From the NCBI RefSeq assembly GCF_006345805.1, contig NC_042997.1, forward strand, positions 620,001 to 684,000: DNA of 64,000 nt. Direction: 5' to 3'. The first letter of the stretch is position 1. Each line of letters starts with the position of its first letter. The notes beneath the pieces were generated by a model that did no database searches, was not told where the DNA came from, and saw only the letters and a list, made by a program, of their open reading frames with translations. This document shows, one piece after another, positions 1 through 13,587 of the stretch. The translations under genes and the position numbers were made by a program. Source of the stretch: Octopus sinensis (Eukaryota).

Positions 1-91
1 TTAAATGGCATTCACCTCGGTATCACGTAAACTGGGTGTATATCTTTGTGAGTGTCTGTGTCTGTGTGTGTATAGACTGACTGAAATGACC

Positions 92-164
92 CTGAAGATA
101 AACAGTAGTTGGTAGCCTGAGTTCCAACGCAAAGCAACCTACTGTGATTTTGAAACCAATATTC
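92..164 (+). ncRNA. Degenerate hammerhead-ribozyme-like motif (Penelope-type pLTR remnant)
   Basis: CTGAAGA (92-98), extended stem ACAGTAGTTG/CAACCTACTGT (102-111/135-145), GAAAC (152-156), then CAATATTC, which could be a CpG-decayed CGGTAGTC. Stem I is not convincing. Confidence 0.3.
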
Positions 165-551
165 AACTTTATAACAACCTTATAACAACCAATATTCCTC
201 TCTAACTATTTCTTGTAGACAAAATGAAGACGTAGGTACTTATGCTTTTGCTTACAATGATTAAGAACATTTCGTTAAGTTTGTTCAACTCAGCCGTTAT
301 GGTTTGTGTTATCACATCACAATCAAGAGTCCATTAGAATTCTTAAATATTATCTAAGTAGGTGTAATGTAATCTGCTTATAAACTTTTCCTTATATAAC
401 AGAGTCAGATGCCATTTACCTTGTCTCTTTGACTGAGCAGCAGTTCTGGACCAAACGTAGACGGAGTTAGGGGTCTGGTACCTAGTGTGTCGTCAGACGC
501 TTACACTCGTCTACCAGTCGGGCAATGTGGTCAGTTGAAGTTCCACTCAGT

Positions 552-972
552 TGGCCGGAGACTATGGATAATTTCCTGAAATCTCTGACCTGGAAGGGCT
601 TCAGCAGGGCACTGCCTGTTCAGGACAAACTCTAGAGGCACAGAGGTGCAGTCAGCCAGGCTTGCCTGAGAAGCGTGCAGAGCAACGAAATGTTCTGCAT
701 GCTTCCTGTGCCCCACTATTTTGGACTTGTGGGTTTATGTTGAACACATGCTAGGGCGTGTGGGACGGATCCGGCTATCGGCTGAGTCCATTCTGAAGAT
801 AATCCAGTCGCCTTCCTTTGGTCGTGAAGTGCGGGCTCTTTTTCTTTGCTCGGTAGCCATAGCGAAAGAGGCTATGTAGTGAACCAGACTGAAAGGCCTG
901 AAAACTGACATTTCCCTCTTTGGCCTAGTCCTCATCGAATTTTTCAAGTTTCACTTGAAAAGGTGGGTGAAT
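552..972 (+). mobile_element. L1/Tx1-clade LINE ORF2 3' fragment (zf-RVT region), degenerate
   Basis: Manual translation WPETMDNFLKSLTWKGFSRALPVQDKL*RHRGAVSQACLRS..NE..LHA..C, then LDLWVYVEHMLGRVGRIRLSAESILKII...FFKFHLKRWVNV. This fits the W..ALP.RDKL..CxxC..H..C zf-RVT pattern, with stops and frameshifts. Confidence 0.7.
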
Positions 973-1466
973 GTCACAAAAACGCGCACAGAGATACGTC
1001 TTACTTTCCCTGGACCATTGTAATGCTATAGTTGCATGATGAAATTATTTGGAGATGGATATGAATGAGATTGAATTATAGAAATCACACTGCTGCACTC
1101 GTGTGTGTCTCCTAGTGAGACGCTGTTTTATAGGGAATTTTACCGATAGATACATTGAGTACTGGTATTGTTATTGTGGCTTAAACCCTTCCAAAATATC
1201 TATCACATTGTGTTCAATCCTTTTTGCTTTCTTAAGAAAAAGTTTAGTTGTATTCAGTGACGTTGTGTTGTAATTCTTTAGTCGAAAGAAGAGTGGAATA
1301 ATGGACTCAGTCGTTTACTAATTTGCCGAAATGTAGCTTGAATATTTGGTCGCATATGTGCGGATAATAACGGATGTAAGTACGAGAAGTATTGCTTAAA
1401 GGAAACGTCACAACCCATAGATAATTTTGGCACATTTATGCAAGTATATAGATATTATTCGTACGC

Positions 1467-1635
1467 ATGTATGTGCGTGTATATGAGCACGCTTGTATGT
1501 ACCCCTGTGTGTGCGTGTGTGCGTGTGAGCGTGTGTGTGTGCATGCGTGTGTGTGTGTGTGTGTGTGTGCGTGCATGAATGTACGTTTGTATGTGCATGT
1601 GTGCATGCATGTGTGTACGCCTGTGTGCGTGTGTA
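1467..1635. repeat. Degenerate (GT)n microsatellite
   Basis: Directly visible GT/GC dinucleotide tract. Confidence 0.9.
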
Positions 1636-2108
1636 TTTCTGTGCTTTTAATTGTAAATCGAAAGTGCTTAAGATTGCTGATATAACAGATGTTCAAACCA
1701 TGGGCAGACCAGTTTGCCTCTACCTGTTAATTTTCCACAGGTGATATTTTGTCGATGTTGCTTTCAACGCCTACTCTGTCGCATATCATCCTTCGTCTTT
1801 CTGGATAATTCTGGATAAAGTAAGATTTGTTTTGATAAAAGGTGAAATTAGTGTAACACCTTTACTAACACATCAAGTTGGCATGTAATACGCATTAAGT
1901 AGTTTGAGTGTTGCGTGAGTTTAGTTCTTAACCTCAAGACACAACATCTGATTCGGGATATTTAAGTTTTATTGAAATAATCAATATATGTTCTTTTAAT
2001 GCTTAATGACATTGACGTGTCTTGACCGCTAAAGTGGTGCTACTGACTGTTCAGTAGGTTTTAAATTCGTACATTGCTTTATGGTGTATTTTATAAGAAG
2101 ATTTTTTT

Positions 2109-2110
<2 letters not shown>

Positions 2111-2178
<68 letters not shown>
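2111..2178. repeat. (TATC)n microsatellite
   Basis: Pure tetranucleotide tract. Confidence 0.95.
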
Positions 2179-2967
2179 CATCCATCCATTTGTTTCTCTG
2201 TCTGTCATTGTCCATATCTATCAACAATCTCCTGTAGATTTGTGTTTGTCGCTATTCAGACATTATCTTTCCCTGTACTTACGAAATCTAAAAATTGACT
2301 TAGGGAATAATTCTATTTTGTTAATATTTGCAGATTTTGGAAGACTGTATTGTACCGAAAACGTTTGTCAAAGTGCTGACTACATAACGTTTATCATTTA
2401 CTTCTTTAGTTCTGTAGTCATATTCTTTTCGTACTAGCAAGAAAAATACGAACTTACTATGTTGACTCCGAATGGACGAAATAGCGTAATAGACATATAC
2501 GTACTTTGATTTGGTTGTTTCCTTTACATACAAATCGGAAACTTTTATTCAGTGTAATAATTCAAAAGATAGACATTTGCACGAGTAATAGTATAGGGAA
2601 ATATATTCTAAACTAGATTCCGAAACCAGACCCCCCCCCACCTTCCCACTTGCAACTATTACTCTAAATTCACATCAATGCGTTTGAGGTAAACATTAAC
2701 GCCATCTATTTTCTCTTCCTGCTTTTAATATTTTGTACCTATCTAAGAAATAGATGCATGCAATATCTAACAATGACATGTTTTTGATACTTATTGTGTA
2801 TTTAGTGCTTATCAGAACGCAAGGATAATTGTTTGTTCAAAAAATTCAGTTTTTACTCACGCTGTATTATATTATGTAAGTGTCTCTTCGGGTGAAATCA
2901 AGAATTGTAGACGAAATTAGGCTGACAGACGCTCCGGAGAAGCCCATGAAGAGGATTATATATGCTA

Positions 2968-3178
2968 TTAGCACGCCGGGCGGAATGCTTTGCGGTATTT
3001 CGTCTGTCGCTACGTTCTGAGTTCAAATTCCGCTGAGGTCGACTTTGCCTTTCATCCTTTCAGGGTCGATAAATAAAGTACCAGTTTCGCACTGGGGTCG
3101 ATGTAATCAACTTAATCCGTTTGTCTGTCCTTGTTTGTCTTCTCTATGTTTAACCCTTTGTGGGTAATAAAGAAACAT
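2968..3178 (+). mobile_element. tRNA-derived SINE, family A (5'-truncated)
   Basis: B-box-like GAGTTCAAATTCC and body GTCGACTTTGCCTTTCATCCTTT..GGGTCGATAAATAAAGTACCAG. Related copies occur at ~11465, ~15341, ~21405 and ~59125. Confidence 0.8.
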
Positions 3179-4514
3179 ATATATGTTATTTTTTGGTGGA
3201 TTTGATCTGCAACCTGATTTAAAAACTACACACAACATGTGTTCCTTTCGTGGGGTACACTGTTGCAAACACTCCCACGAAAACTCCGATCTGTGGATAA
3301 GTGATTATTCATTATTTATTCGCCCACATTTTGTAACAGATTCGGAGGCCCTGTGTAAGGTGCTGAGTGCTGTTCTTTCGTCGACTCGAACTGCAATGAG
3401 CAAATCTCAAAGTTTAATTTAAGTTCTATTTTATAAAAAGCGATATAATGTTCAAGTTCTGAGAAAATCGATTACTTTTAAAACAAAATGTCTTTCTTGT
3501 CATTCCAGTTTCAGATAACAATGTATATATGCATGTTACTTGTTATATGAAGTCGGATATGCATAAAATAAGTTTTGAATTATTTATGTTCCAAGGTTGA
3601 AAACCTCGTTTACTTTGGCTTGCACCAAATCATAAACAAAAAACAATTTTGATATTAAGTATAATGCTACAAATGTGAATCATTGTTGCACGGTAAGTAT
3701 CCAATTGAATGATTTTGATACTTAAAGGGTTCTTATTTCCAAAATCTGAAACTTGGAGTTAGTTTTATGGCGATTTGAATTCAGAACGTAGAAAGACGTG
3801 ATTAAATATTATAAAGAGTTTCATCCGTCGACTTACCAGCACGTAAGGCGTTAGATTAGTTGAGTCGAATCGTCGGGCAAAGAGTTAGTTCTTTTTAATA
3901 TTCTAGTACGCTTCCTTCCTATCTCCCTACGTCGAACATCGTTTTCATCTTTCCAAGATAAAAATAAAGCACATGTCAAAGGCAGGAGATTAACGGAAAC
4001 TTTACAATTGCGGTATTTGTTCCGACTTCTTGTGTCAAGAGTTTAAAATACGCCGCGACCTATCTAATTTGTCATTCTCTTTAAAATAAAATCAGGCTGG
4101 CTGTGCGTTTAGACAAGTATTGCCAGGTTTGTCACTAGAAGGCTGTTTTACATCTTCCTCCCCCTCCGGCAACCAGTCTGGAAGGTTTTGTAATGGATTC
4201 TGGACACTACTTTTCTGTTTGATCAACAATATAAATAAAATTAGCATCATGATATTAATGAAAAATATAATTAAAATAGGTTAATCAATCGGATTAACAT
4301 AGAGGTGTTTGTGCAAACGTTCCTGGGGTGTTCTTAGTTGGATTTTATGTTTTATGAGTAATGGATGCTCAGTTGATCACTGGTAGCCAACCTACCGATT
4401 ATGTCGGCCTACAATTAGGTTCCATGCTATTGACTTCTGTTCGGTAATTTCGCGAGATTTTTGTAACATTGTGTCAGATCGAGTCTACATTTAATACGGT
4501 GACAGGCGTATTCG

Positions 4515-4745
4515 AGCAACATTTCTCTGCCAAATTTTCTATGGAAGTCTGAAATCTATTATGTATTCCTTCGAAACTCTTAGTCATGCTTTGGTAAATA
4601 TTCTTTATGATAAACACTAAATGTTTGAGTTTTACTCGCGTTTTAAGGCTGGTCGAATACATATTGAACATGTTGAAATTTCAGAGCGACCAGTCACTAT
4701 AACACACCCGAAAACTTAGACAAAATTCATGACCTCATCCAAAAT
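4515..4745 (+). mobile_element. Mariner transposase N-terminal (HTH) relic
   Basis: MFEFYSRFKAGRIHIEHVEISERPV, then after a frameshift TPENLDKIHDLI; resembles mariner FEWYSRFK.GR.S.EDDERSGRP..TPENI. Confidence 0.55.
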
Positions 4746-5585
4746 TGATTGCCCTGGAACATTTTATCAGCATTTGGTGGATTTTCCGTTAGGAACGCGT
4801 GTTAAACTACATAATTATTCTCCATGCGTGAAAGGGAGAATGGACTGTTAGGCGACAGTCCTTGTGAAAGTATTTTGACCACATTTTCTGTGGATTTGCT
4901 AGAGATTAGTTGGTTTGGAAGCTTAACATGGCAATGCAGGTCCCAGTCAAATATCTGCGTTCATCTCAAGGAAAGTTTACAAAAAATAAAAAAGAAAATG
5001 ATGAATTTCGCCGTTCTCCGTAGCAGATACCCAAATCCTCGTGTAACAGCTGTTGCAATCAAAACGATCGAGCTATGAGGAGAAAGCATGAAACTAATTT
5101 GTGAAATATCTCAGCAGGCTTGCAACAATGATGGTAACTTGTGCAACCATTTCCGTCGAACAACTTATTTATGACTCATGCATTCAAGAAAGCTTCTCAT
5201 ATTGTTTTGGACCTATTACTAAACTGCAGTTTGTGAAAGAATGGATTGCTATAATTTAAAGATTATTTACAAAAATATATTAAATTATATTCAAATACAA
5301 AACGTTAATTTTGTAAAATAGCATTTCTCTGAAAATATACTTACAGTTGTCTCCTTTAATATTTCTTACTTCCATTCAAGCTATTGTTTCTCAAAACAAA
5401 ATAAACTTCTCTTGCATTGTTCCACGCATTTTTTTTTCCCCCGTTTTGTGTTTTGTCTTCTAATTGTGCTTGCAAACTAACATTGTTTTTCTTCTTAACA
5501 CTGCAATAATATCGTCATTTACGACATTTGAAAACACAATTTTTCCTAAACAGACAACAGCGACTATTGACTACGTCAAAAAGAA

Positions 5586-5625
5586 GAACAACAACAAAAC
5601 AACGACAACAACAACAACAACAACA

Positions 5626-5657
<32 letters not shown>

Positions 5658-5725
5658 CACCACCGCCACCACAATCACCACGACCACCACCACCACCACG
5701 ACCACCACCACCACCACCACAACCG

Positions 5726-5774
<49 letters not shown>

Positions 5775-5797
5775 ACTTGTTGCTGCTGCTGCTGCTG
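5586..5797. repeat. Compound trinucleotide microsatellite (ACA)n(CTA)n(CCA)n(CTA)n(GCT)n
   Basis: Directly visible; the source of the spurious ORFs at 5464-5918. Confidence 0.95.
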
Positions 5798-6400
5798 TCA
5801 CTCCCCATTGTTTTCCGACATTATTGAATTTGTTAAAAGACTGATGACTGCCAGCCACGTGTGATACTGTGGTGGGAAAATACAAGTGTAACATAGAGTT
5901 AGATTTCGAGAATTTCAAACGTTGTCTTATTTTGAATAATACTTAGCTGCTGCACTATTTCCACGACTAATTCCGGCCTTTTCATAATCTATACTCACGA
6001 ATTGCTATTTCAGCTGAAACATTCATTTGACAGTGGAAGTTTTGGGAAAGCAACGTTGTTATTATTGTTGTAATTGAGGTTACGTTTTGTTTACATCCGT
6101 CTGGTTGCCGGTGTTATTGTTAGTGTCGTTGCTGTTGCGTCTTTTGCTGTTGCGTCTTTTGCTAGAACTGTTCCGATCTGCCGAGATCCGTTTTTTTTTA
6201 CGACAAATGACATGAACTAATAATAGTTACTCTACGTGTCAACGCTGTTGGCGAGAAGTAACAGTGAAAATCTCTTTCGAATCACAATTTTCGGACTTTA
6301 AAGTGCAGGAAAAAAAATACCACATAGCGTGACAAAAATTGTATCTGAGAATACGGGATGATCGTGGTTAGAATGTCTTTGGTAATAGACATGTGCTCTC

Positions 6401-6622
6401 AGAGGGTATGTGGCCGTTCAAGAATTTGGACCTGGAGATCTCCATTTCCAGCGACTTCGAGGGCCACCTCCCAGTGGTGTCCGGCGTCAACAAAGACTAC
6501 AACAAGGCGACCAAATGTTTTTTCTAAGGTCTGGGGTCTCCTGCCCCTAAGCTCTAGACCATCACCTAATCACCCTTATCCGTCTTGTTGCTTAACAATA
6601 ACAACAACAAGAGGGTATGTGG
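6401..6622 (+). mobile_element. Short retroposed insert with 13-bp target-site duplication
   Basis: AGAGGGTATGTGG at 6401-6413 and 6610-6622 flanks a ~196-bp GC-richer insert that ends in an (AAC)n-like tail. Confidence 0.55.
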
Positions 6623-7874
6623 GGTTAAATAACAAGAAAACACATTAGCTACCTTTGATATAGCTAACAGTTTAACAGTTATTTTGAACACTGCCGATGC
6701 TAGGACAAAGTAGAGGCAGTGTTGTAATGTTCTAGTAATATAATACAATCTTCTATACATTATTTCGGTATAATTATAAACGAAAAGAGACGTAATGCTT
6801 GTGCAATTCAGTCTCTATTGTGGTTCTAATATTTTATGCTTCAAATGCATTCTAGTGTCTACCTCGTGTCTACGACCATTCGTAAATTATACTATTTCCA
6901 TATTCCCATTCGCGTGATCTATCAAGTCCCATTTTTGCATAGGAACATTGCCAGAATGGTTTTGTTCTTTTTGCTAATTTTATTGCTGTCGTAGTTTTCG
7001 TTAATGTTAGGATAACGTCTTTTATATATTTGCTTATTTGTCGTTTCGCTTGTTTTACTGCTTTTGTTTTTGTTTTGTAATTGTTGCATTAACCTTTCAG
7101 TTGATTTTGTGGTTATTGTTATAGTATTGTCACTGTTATTGATGTTATTGTCATTGTTGTTGCAGTTGTTAATGTGATTGTATTGTTACCATTGTAATTA
7201 TCGATGCTGATGCTGATAATGATATAATTATTGTGTATTAATAGTATTATATATCTTGATTTTGTTTTTTGTCTTCTTCTCTCTATCGGTGAAATTATTG
7301 CAGTCTAGTTTCACATACATCATACTAAAATATATCACAAGCTGTATTAACTACTTATTGTTGAAAATATCAATAGGCATAGATGGATGAATTGGGAACG
7401 TGAGGAATTCAACGATAAGCAATCACTATTGTAATTTGCCATTAGCTGGCATTTACTTGAATTTCTAATCTCTTACAGCAGAGCAATTGTTTTAGTGTCG
7501 ATGCCATTATATGAAATGTGGATTATATTCCCTGTGGCTTGATATATTAAGTAGTTCCAAAACTATTAGAAACGTTTGCAATTTTATCTCTACCAATATA
7601 TATAGTTAATATATATTTTGAATAGAATTATTCTATTATAGAAGTATATATTTGCACTGGGGCCAACAACGCACATACACAAGTAAGCATATGCATATAT
7701 ACACACATACGCACGCGCACATATAACCACACAAACATACACACATACGCACACACACATACACACACATGTATATATGTGTATATCCTCACAGATGAAC
7801 TTATCTATGTATGTTTATGCAGGTATATATATGTTTATATGTGTATATATATGTGTATTTGTGTATACTTTTGC

Positions 7875-8406
7875 TAACAAAAGACCGGAGCTTGTCACAT
7901 AGTACAAGGAAATGGAAATGCTGAAGATGCTACAGCTGACGGTTTCCTAAGAGGCAAACATCTACGGAAAGACAGAAGATATTAAAAGTTACTTCAGCTG
8001 TGGAAACAATAAGTATCACAATATTATGAGACCATACACCTACCTATACGGATAGGTTTTAGAGCATTGTTGGAATCAGAGATTAGTCTATACTCTGGAA
8101 TCTAGCAAGAAAAGGAAAGAAAAGATGCCAGAAAATTACACATCGCTGAGAAAGTGAGACATTACATGTGGGTGAAGAGAGAAAAGCAAGAACGAGCATT
8201 GAGGATGGTAGAAACATCTGGCCCAAAGCGACAATTTGATTCAACAAAACTCTGATGTTATGCTAAAATTTAGCCCCGGAGAGCTCAGGTAGCGTGTTGG
8301 AAGGAGCTGAAAACCTACAGAGCCTCTTCACCAGCTGATAAAATTCTGACTCCTGCATTTGGAGACGGAGTACAGCAGCAGACTCAACATACAACATTTT
8401 ACTGTA
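7875..8406 (+). mobile_element. HERO/NeSL-like RLE non-LTR retrotransposon 3' end, degenerate
   Basis: RPELVT*..MLQLTVS*EANI (PD..ELTVPWE motif) and TIHLPIRIGFRA..KDARK..AEKVRHYMWVKRE (P.E.G.RG..AE.AS.W.W.KR motif), followed by a 3' UTR and a (TAA)n tail. Confidence 0.6.
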
Positions 8407-8419
8407 AATAATAATAATA

Positions 8420-8451
<32 letters not shown>

Positions 8452-8476
8452 TAATAATAATAATAATAATAATAAA
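8407..8476. repeat. (TAA)n tail
   Basis: Directly visible. Confidence 0.95.
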
Positions 8477-8485
8477 CCGTGTGTA

Positions 8486-8630
8486 TAGGCGCAGGGGTAG
8501 CTGCGTGATAAGATGCTTGCTTCCTTGGCACATTCTTCGGACTCAGTCCCACTGAAGCCTTGTGAGAGCATTTGGTAGACGGAAAGTGAAAGAAGCCCGT
8601 CATATATCTATCTATCTATCTATCTATCTA

Positions 8631-8693
<63 letters not shown>

Positions 8694-8696
8694 ATA

Positions 8697-8727
<31 letters not shown>

Positions 8728-8736
8728 TTCTCTCTT

Positions 8737-8773
<37 letters not shown>

Positions 8774-9035
8774 GAGTGAGTGTGTGTGTGTGTGCGCGCG
8801 TATGTGCTTGTGTGTTTGTGCGCGCGTATCTTTGTGTCTGTGTTTGTTCGCCACCACCGCTTGACAACCAGTGTTGGTGTGTTTACGTTCCTGTAACCCA
8901 GCGGCTTGGCAAAGAAAAATCGATAGAATACTGCCATGCTTAAAAAATATATATCGGGTCGGTTCATTCGACTGAAAATTCACCCAAGGGTACCACAACA
9001 TGGCCGCAGTCTGATGATTGAAACAAGTAAAGTGT
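8486..9035 (+). mobile_element. tRNA-derived SINE, family B, with internally expanded compound microsatellite
   Basis: Head TAGGCGCAGGGGTAGCTGCGTG, core GGTAGACGGAAAGTGAAAGAAGCCCGTC, 3' part CTTGACAACC..GAAACAAGTAAA; collinear with the copy at 56817. Internal TATC/TC/TA/TG tract at 8605-8830. Confidence 0.8.
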
Positions 9036-9063
9036 TAGAGGTAAAACATATTTAGTATTATTA

Positions 9064-10035
9064 TTCAGAAACTTGATCTCGGTTCAGGTATTCGATTAAG
9101 ACCTTGATCTTACCATACTGGCAATATATGTGAATATGAAAGTACTGTTCTGTGTTATTTCAACTATAAAGTTTGTTTATGAAAAGATTGCCTTCGACAC
9201 ACTGATGTTGGCAGACCAACGAAAATTACCATAATGCCTGTACTTCAAAGGATATTCGTCAACATTGTTTATGCCAGTGAGATAATACCGGTATTGTTAC
9301 CAAGTAACGAAATCAAAGCGTGTAACAGTAGTTACCAGCATTAATCCTACTAGATTTGCATATGTTTTGGGCGTATCATACTCCCATGGTAAATAGAAGT
9401 TATTGTATTGAACTGATTAACTACCACCCTCCTAATCTCGGGTATACTATGTGAATAAAATTTTTATCCACCAAAATCATGCTCTTCGACAGACATACAT
9501 CGCCACATCTAACCAAACAGACAAAATTGAGTGAACTGTTTTTAGCTCGCCTGGCCACTTACAATAACAGGTCCATGTGCTCTGATTTATTTTACTATTT
9601 ACAGGAAATAAACCTTAGCATATATCAATTCCGAGTCGAAGAGAAAATATTTCAACACCCAAGAATAGTAAATGACCAGAGAACCTGATGCAAAGTAAGT
9701 ATTCTAACGTTTTCTGAACAGGCATACTTGCTGAGAAAAGTTGCCTTCAAGATGTTGCCGTACTGTCAAAGTCAATCACAAGTGTCAGTTGCTTATATCT
9801 TCCTGCAGTTTAGAAGTATCCTTTTTCTCAGCCTCCGATTATCGTAGTCGCTTCAGAAACATGATCTCGGTTCAGGTATTTGATTTAGAACTTGATCTTA
9901 CCAAATACAGCTCATTTTGGTAATATATGTGAATATGAAAGTACTGTTGTAATGTTTTATTTCAACTCTAAAGTTTGTTTATGAAAAGATTGCCTCCGAC
10001 ACACTGATGTTGGCAGATCAACGAAAATTACCATA
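9064..10035 (+). repeat. ~170-bp direct duplication (9064-9233 and 9852-10035)
   Basis: Both copies run TTCAGAAAC.TGATCTCGGTTCAGGTATT...GAAAATTACCATA; the second has a short extra segment. Confidence 0.85.
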
Positions 10036-10051
10036 GGTAGGTAGAGCTCTA

Positions 10052-10055
10052 CTAT

Positions 10056-10100
<45 letters not shown>
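10052..10100. repeat. (CTA)n microsatellite
   Basis: Directly visible. Confidence 0.95.
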
Positions 10101-11977
10101 AAACTCTACACTACCGAGTTCTTCGAAACAATGTTTCATTATAGGATCAAGTAGAAAGTCAGAAGAAACTGATATCATCTGGACATGATCTTTAATAGAA
10201 AAATATTCTCACAGCAACAATATTTGTAGCTTTTTTCGTTAAGATTTGTCAAACGCTTAAACGCAAGAGATGAAGATGTCTTTCCTCTTATATGAGAATG
10301 TGTAAATATGTTTGCAATTTTATTCTGTTAAAGAGAATGAATATTTTTTCTTTCTTGCCTGTGATTGAACTCTCCAGATATTTGGTTATAACTTGGATTA
10401 TGGCTGCCGCTGTTAATATTGTTGCCATGGTGATAACAGCAAATGAAGCCAATTCTTCCTTTGCTTTTCCTTTGGACAGAAGATACTTAGCGAAGTGGAT
10501 TGCACTACATCAGTAGCAAATGTCCAATAAATCAAGTTCCGTTAAGCAGATCAGTTTTTGAGTTAGGTCGGTAGGTTTATTTGCGATACCTGCACCTTAC
10601 ATTTATGTCTTTCTTCGAACAGATTTCCTGTCACAACAGTCTTCAGTTTCTCCCGTTTATTCTTGATCTGGCAACTACCAGATAATAATCTTCCTTGCAC
10701 ATCTTTCACTGTCAACAACTGTCAAATTTTCCTCTTGCCATATCAGGTGAATTGCGAAACTGAAATCTTCACTGCTGTGCAAATTATCAGTAGTCTTCTC
10801 TGTTCGTGACACCGAATGGTGTCTCCTATCAACTGTTCCATATCGATTGGAACAAGAGATGGCTTCTACAATGAACCTGATACCCATGAGGAACATTTGT
10901 GTTTGCATCTACTTGAACTTCATCATTTGAAAACTCTTCTTTGCAGCACCAGTTCCATAGTGTTCAGCAATTTGTTTAACCAAACATTTCTGGAGCTTCG
11001 CTCATATAGCCTCCCTGTAGCCCGCTTTCCTCTCTTCTTGGGCTCGCACATTTCCCCTTCCACATGGCTACGAGATACTAGCACGCAACAGCTTGTGACT
11101 CTAGTAAAATACAATCTTATATACTTTTGGCATGAATGATGTTGCTACTGCTACACTTGCTATTGAGTTAGTTGTCATTGGTACTGCTAACACTGCCCAT
11201 ACTGGTGTTCTAGGGTGGTATGGTTGCTTACTCTTTTACACCTACAGTAGTAGCAGTGCTGAAGAGAAGGGTACTTTAATTTTGGTATGCCTCGTCATAG
11301 CAACAAAACCTTCCACAACTCACATCATAAGATCTTTACAAAAATCGGTATATAGGTCCTAAGAATACCACTGCTGATATAAAAATGAATGATCCCGATG
11401 CGATGCTTTTGATCTGTGTTCTGAGCTATCGAGTATAGCTTTAGTTTAAACACAAACAAGTATCACATTATTTTACGGACCGAGGATGAAATACAGAGCA
11501 TGTCGACATCGGCATGATTTTAATACATAGCGCATGCATAACTAAAGAAAGATTTTAATAACTCCTTTACCACTTTTGCCAGCAGTAAATAACTACAGTG
11601 AAAGTCTTTCAGTATAATGTGAAGGTGGATTTCTAAGAATCAAAATATCTATGTGGAATTAAATGCCACAATGTCTTGAATTTAATGACATTCTTAACGC
11701 AATATTTGCTTTCGCTCTTGCAATTTTCTCTGTCGTGTATTTTCTGTAATCCTTGTTTAATCTGATTTTCTTACTCTAATTCTTTTCTGTTCTGACTAAC
11801 TACTTTTCTGTAAGTCTTTTCTCTCTTCTTCTCTCTTTCTCTGTCCTTGCATCTAACTCTGTAACTATATGCCCATTATTCTCTGTGAATGTTATTCAGC
11901 TTAAATCTTTCCGTTTATTATTTCTCCTTGTCAACACAGCCCTCCCGCATACCTACGAAGACTGGAAGAGTAAACCT

Positions 11978-11980
<3 letters not shown>

Positions 11981-12019
<39 letters not shown>

Positions 12020-12062
12020 CACACACACACACAAACACTCACACACAAACACACACACACAC
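11981..12062. repeat. (CA)n microsatellite
   Basis: Directly visible. Confidence 0.95.
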
Positions 12063-13066
12063 AGGCACGCACCAATATGTATATGTGCGTGCGGATATGT
12101 ATAAAAATGTATGGTTGTATAGCGGAGGAAAACAGAACATGCATATATGGAAAATATATATATATATATATAAATATATACATGTGAATCCCTATGTAGA
12201 TTCACTTGCATACTCCCTCCTCTCTCCTACTGTTATTTCTGTTATATCTACTTTATATCATACTTTTGTGGCTTTCGAAGTAATTTTATACTTGTTTTCT
12301 CTTCGTTTACTCTGTCTTCGATTTTGCCTCCCACTCTCTCTCTCTTTTCCTTTCTTTTTCTAACAATGATTTTCTATATATGTTGCTCTTTAGTTGTCTC
12401 TACTAAATCTCTCGCAAATTTCCAGTTTCCAACTTTTCCGTCTTCATTTTCCGTTCTCCTGTGTCTCTCCTTCTAATATTTTATTCTTTTATATTACCGA
12501 CAATGCTGGCCAGAGAACATGCGTTTATCACTGTAATAATATTTCGTCAGTAAGTAACATTTCAGACATTTCTCCACATGCTTATTACCTATATTATTAT
12601 TACCTATATCATTATTATTCCTTTTCTAGTTTCTTCCGAAAACTTTAAATGTGGTAACCAATGGCTTGACCCATATATTAAGTATTGCACTTCCGACACC
12701 CACTAAAATACTTGCTTCAGAGCGAGGCAATAGACCGCTTCGTTTTAGCCAATATTACATTCTATAATGATGCAAAAGTTGATGTAAATCAACTATATTT
12801 AAGCTATTTAGCGATATCCATCTACTTGTGTATTCCAACTCAAGTATATCATTGAGTGTAGACTTAGACACGCGCGCGCGCACTCACTCTCGCGCGCACG
12901 CATATGTATATTTAATTGATTAATATCCTCCTGACGAAGTATATTTTTGTTTCGCTCGAGGCATTGAATAAAATGGTTTGGTGTAGTAACAATATACAAA
13001 TATACATTTAATATACTTATCATTATCATTAACATTCCCATTACTATTTAATACGTTTGTGTGTGA

Positions 13067-13102
<36 letters not shown>

Positions 13103-13522
13103 GTGTGTATCTCTCTCCCCCTCTCTCTCTTTCTCTCTCTCTCTCTATATATAATAATAATTTTAGTCGGCATTTAATTCTACTGTTCTTTCAGGTGTGT
13201 AACCAAATTTAATTCAAGCCTGGTTTGAAATCATTTGAAGATCTCCTTAAAGATTGCTATAAAAGAACAAGCATTCTTAGCACTGCTGGGAATGTCCATA
13301 GTATTTGTCACTGAGGGGAACAAATCATGTCAAACAAACTGTTTAGTGATTCACCGATATTCTGGCAAAGTTCTGTGTTCTACAGCACGAATGGCTTTGA
13401 GAAGTTCCTCTAAGAAAAAAATAATAGGAATAGTGTTATTTCAATTTTGTATGCAAAATGTGAATATTAGGGACACCGGTATGTTAATGCAATATTTGCA
13501 TAATACGAATATCTATATACAT

Positions 13523-13525
<3 letters not shown>

Positions 13526-13587
<62 letters not shown>

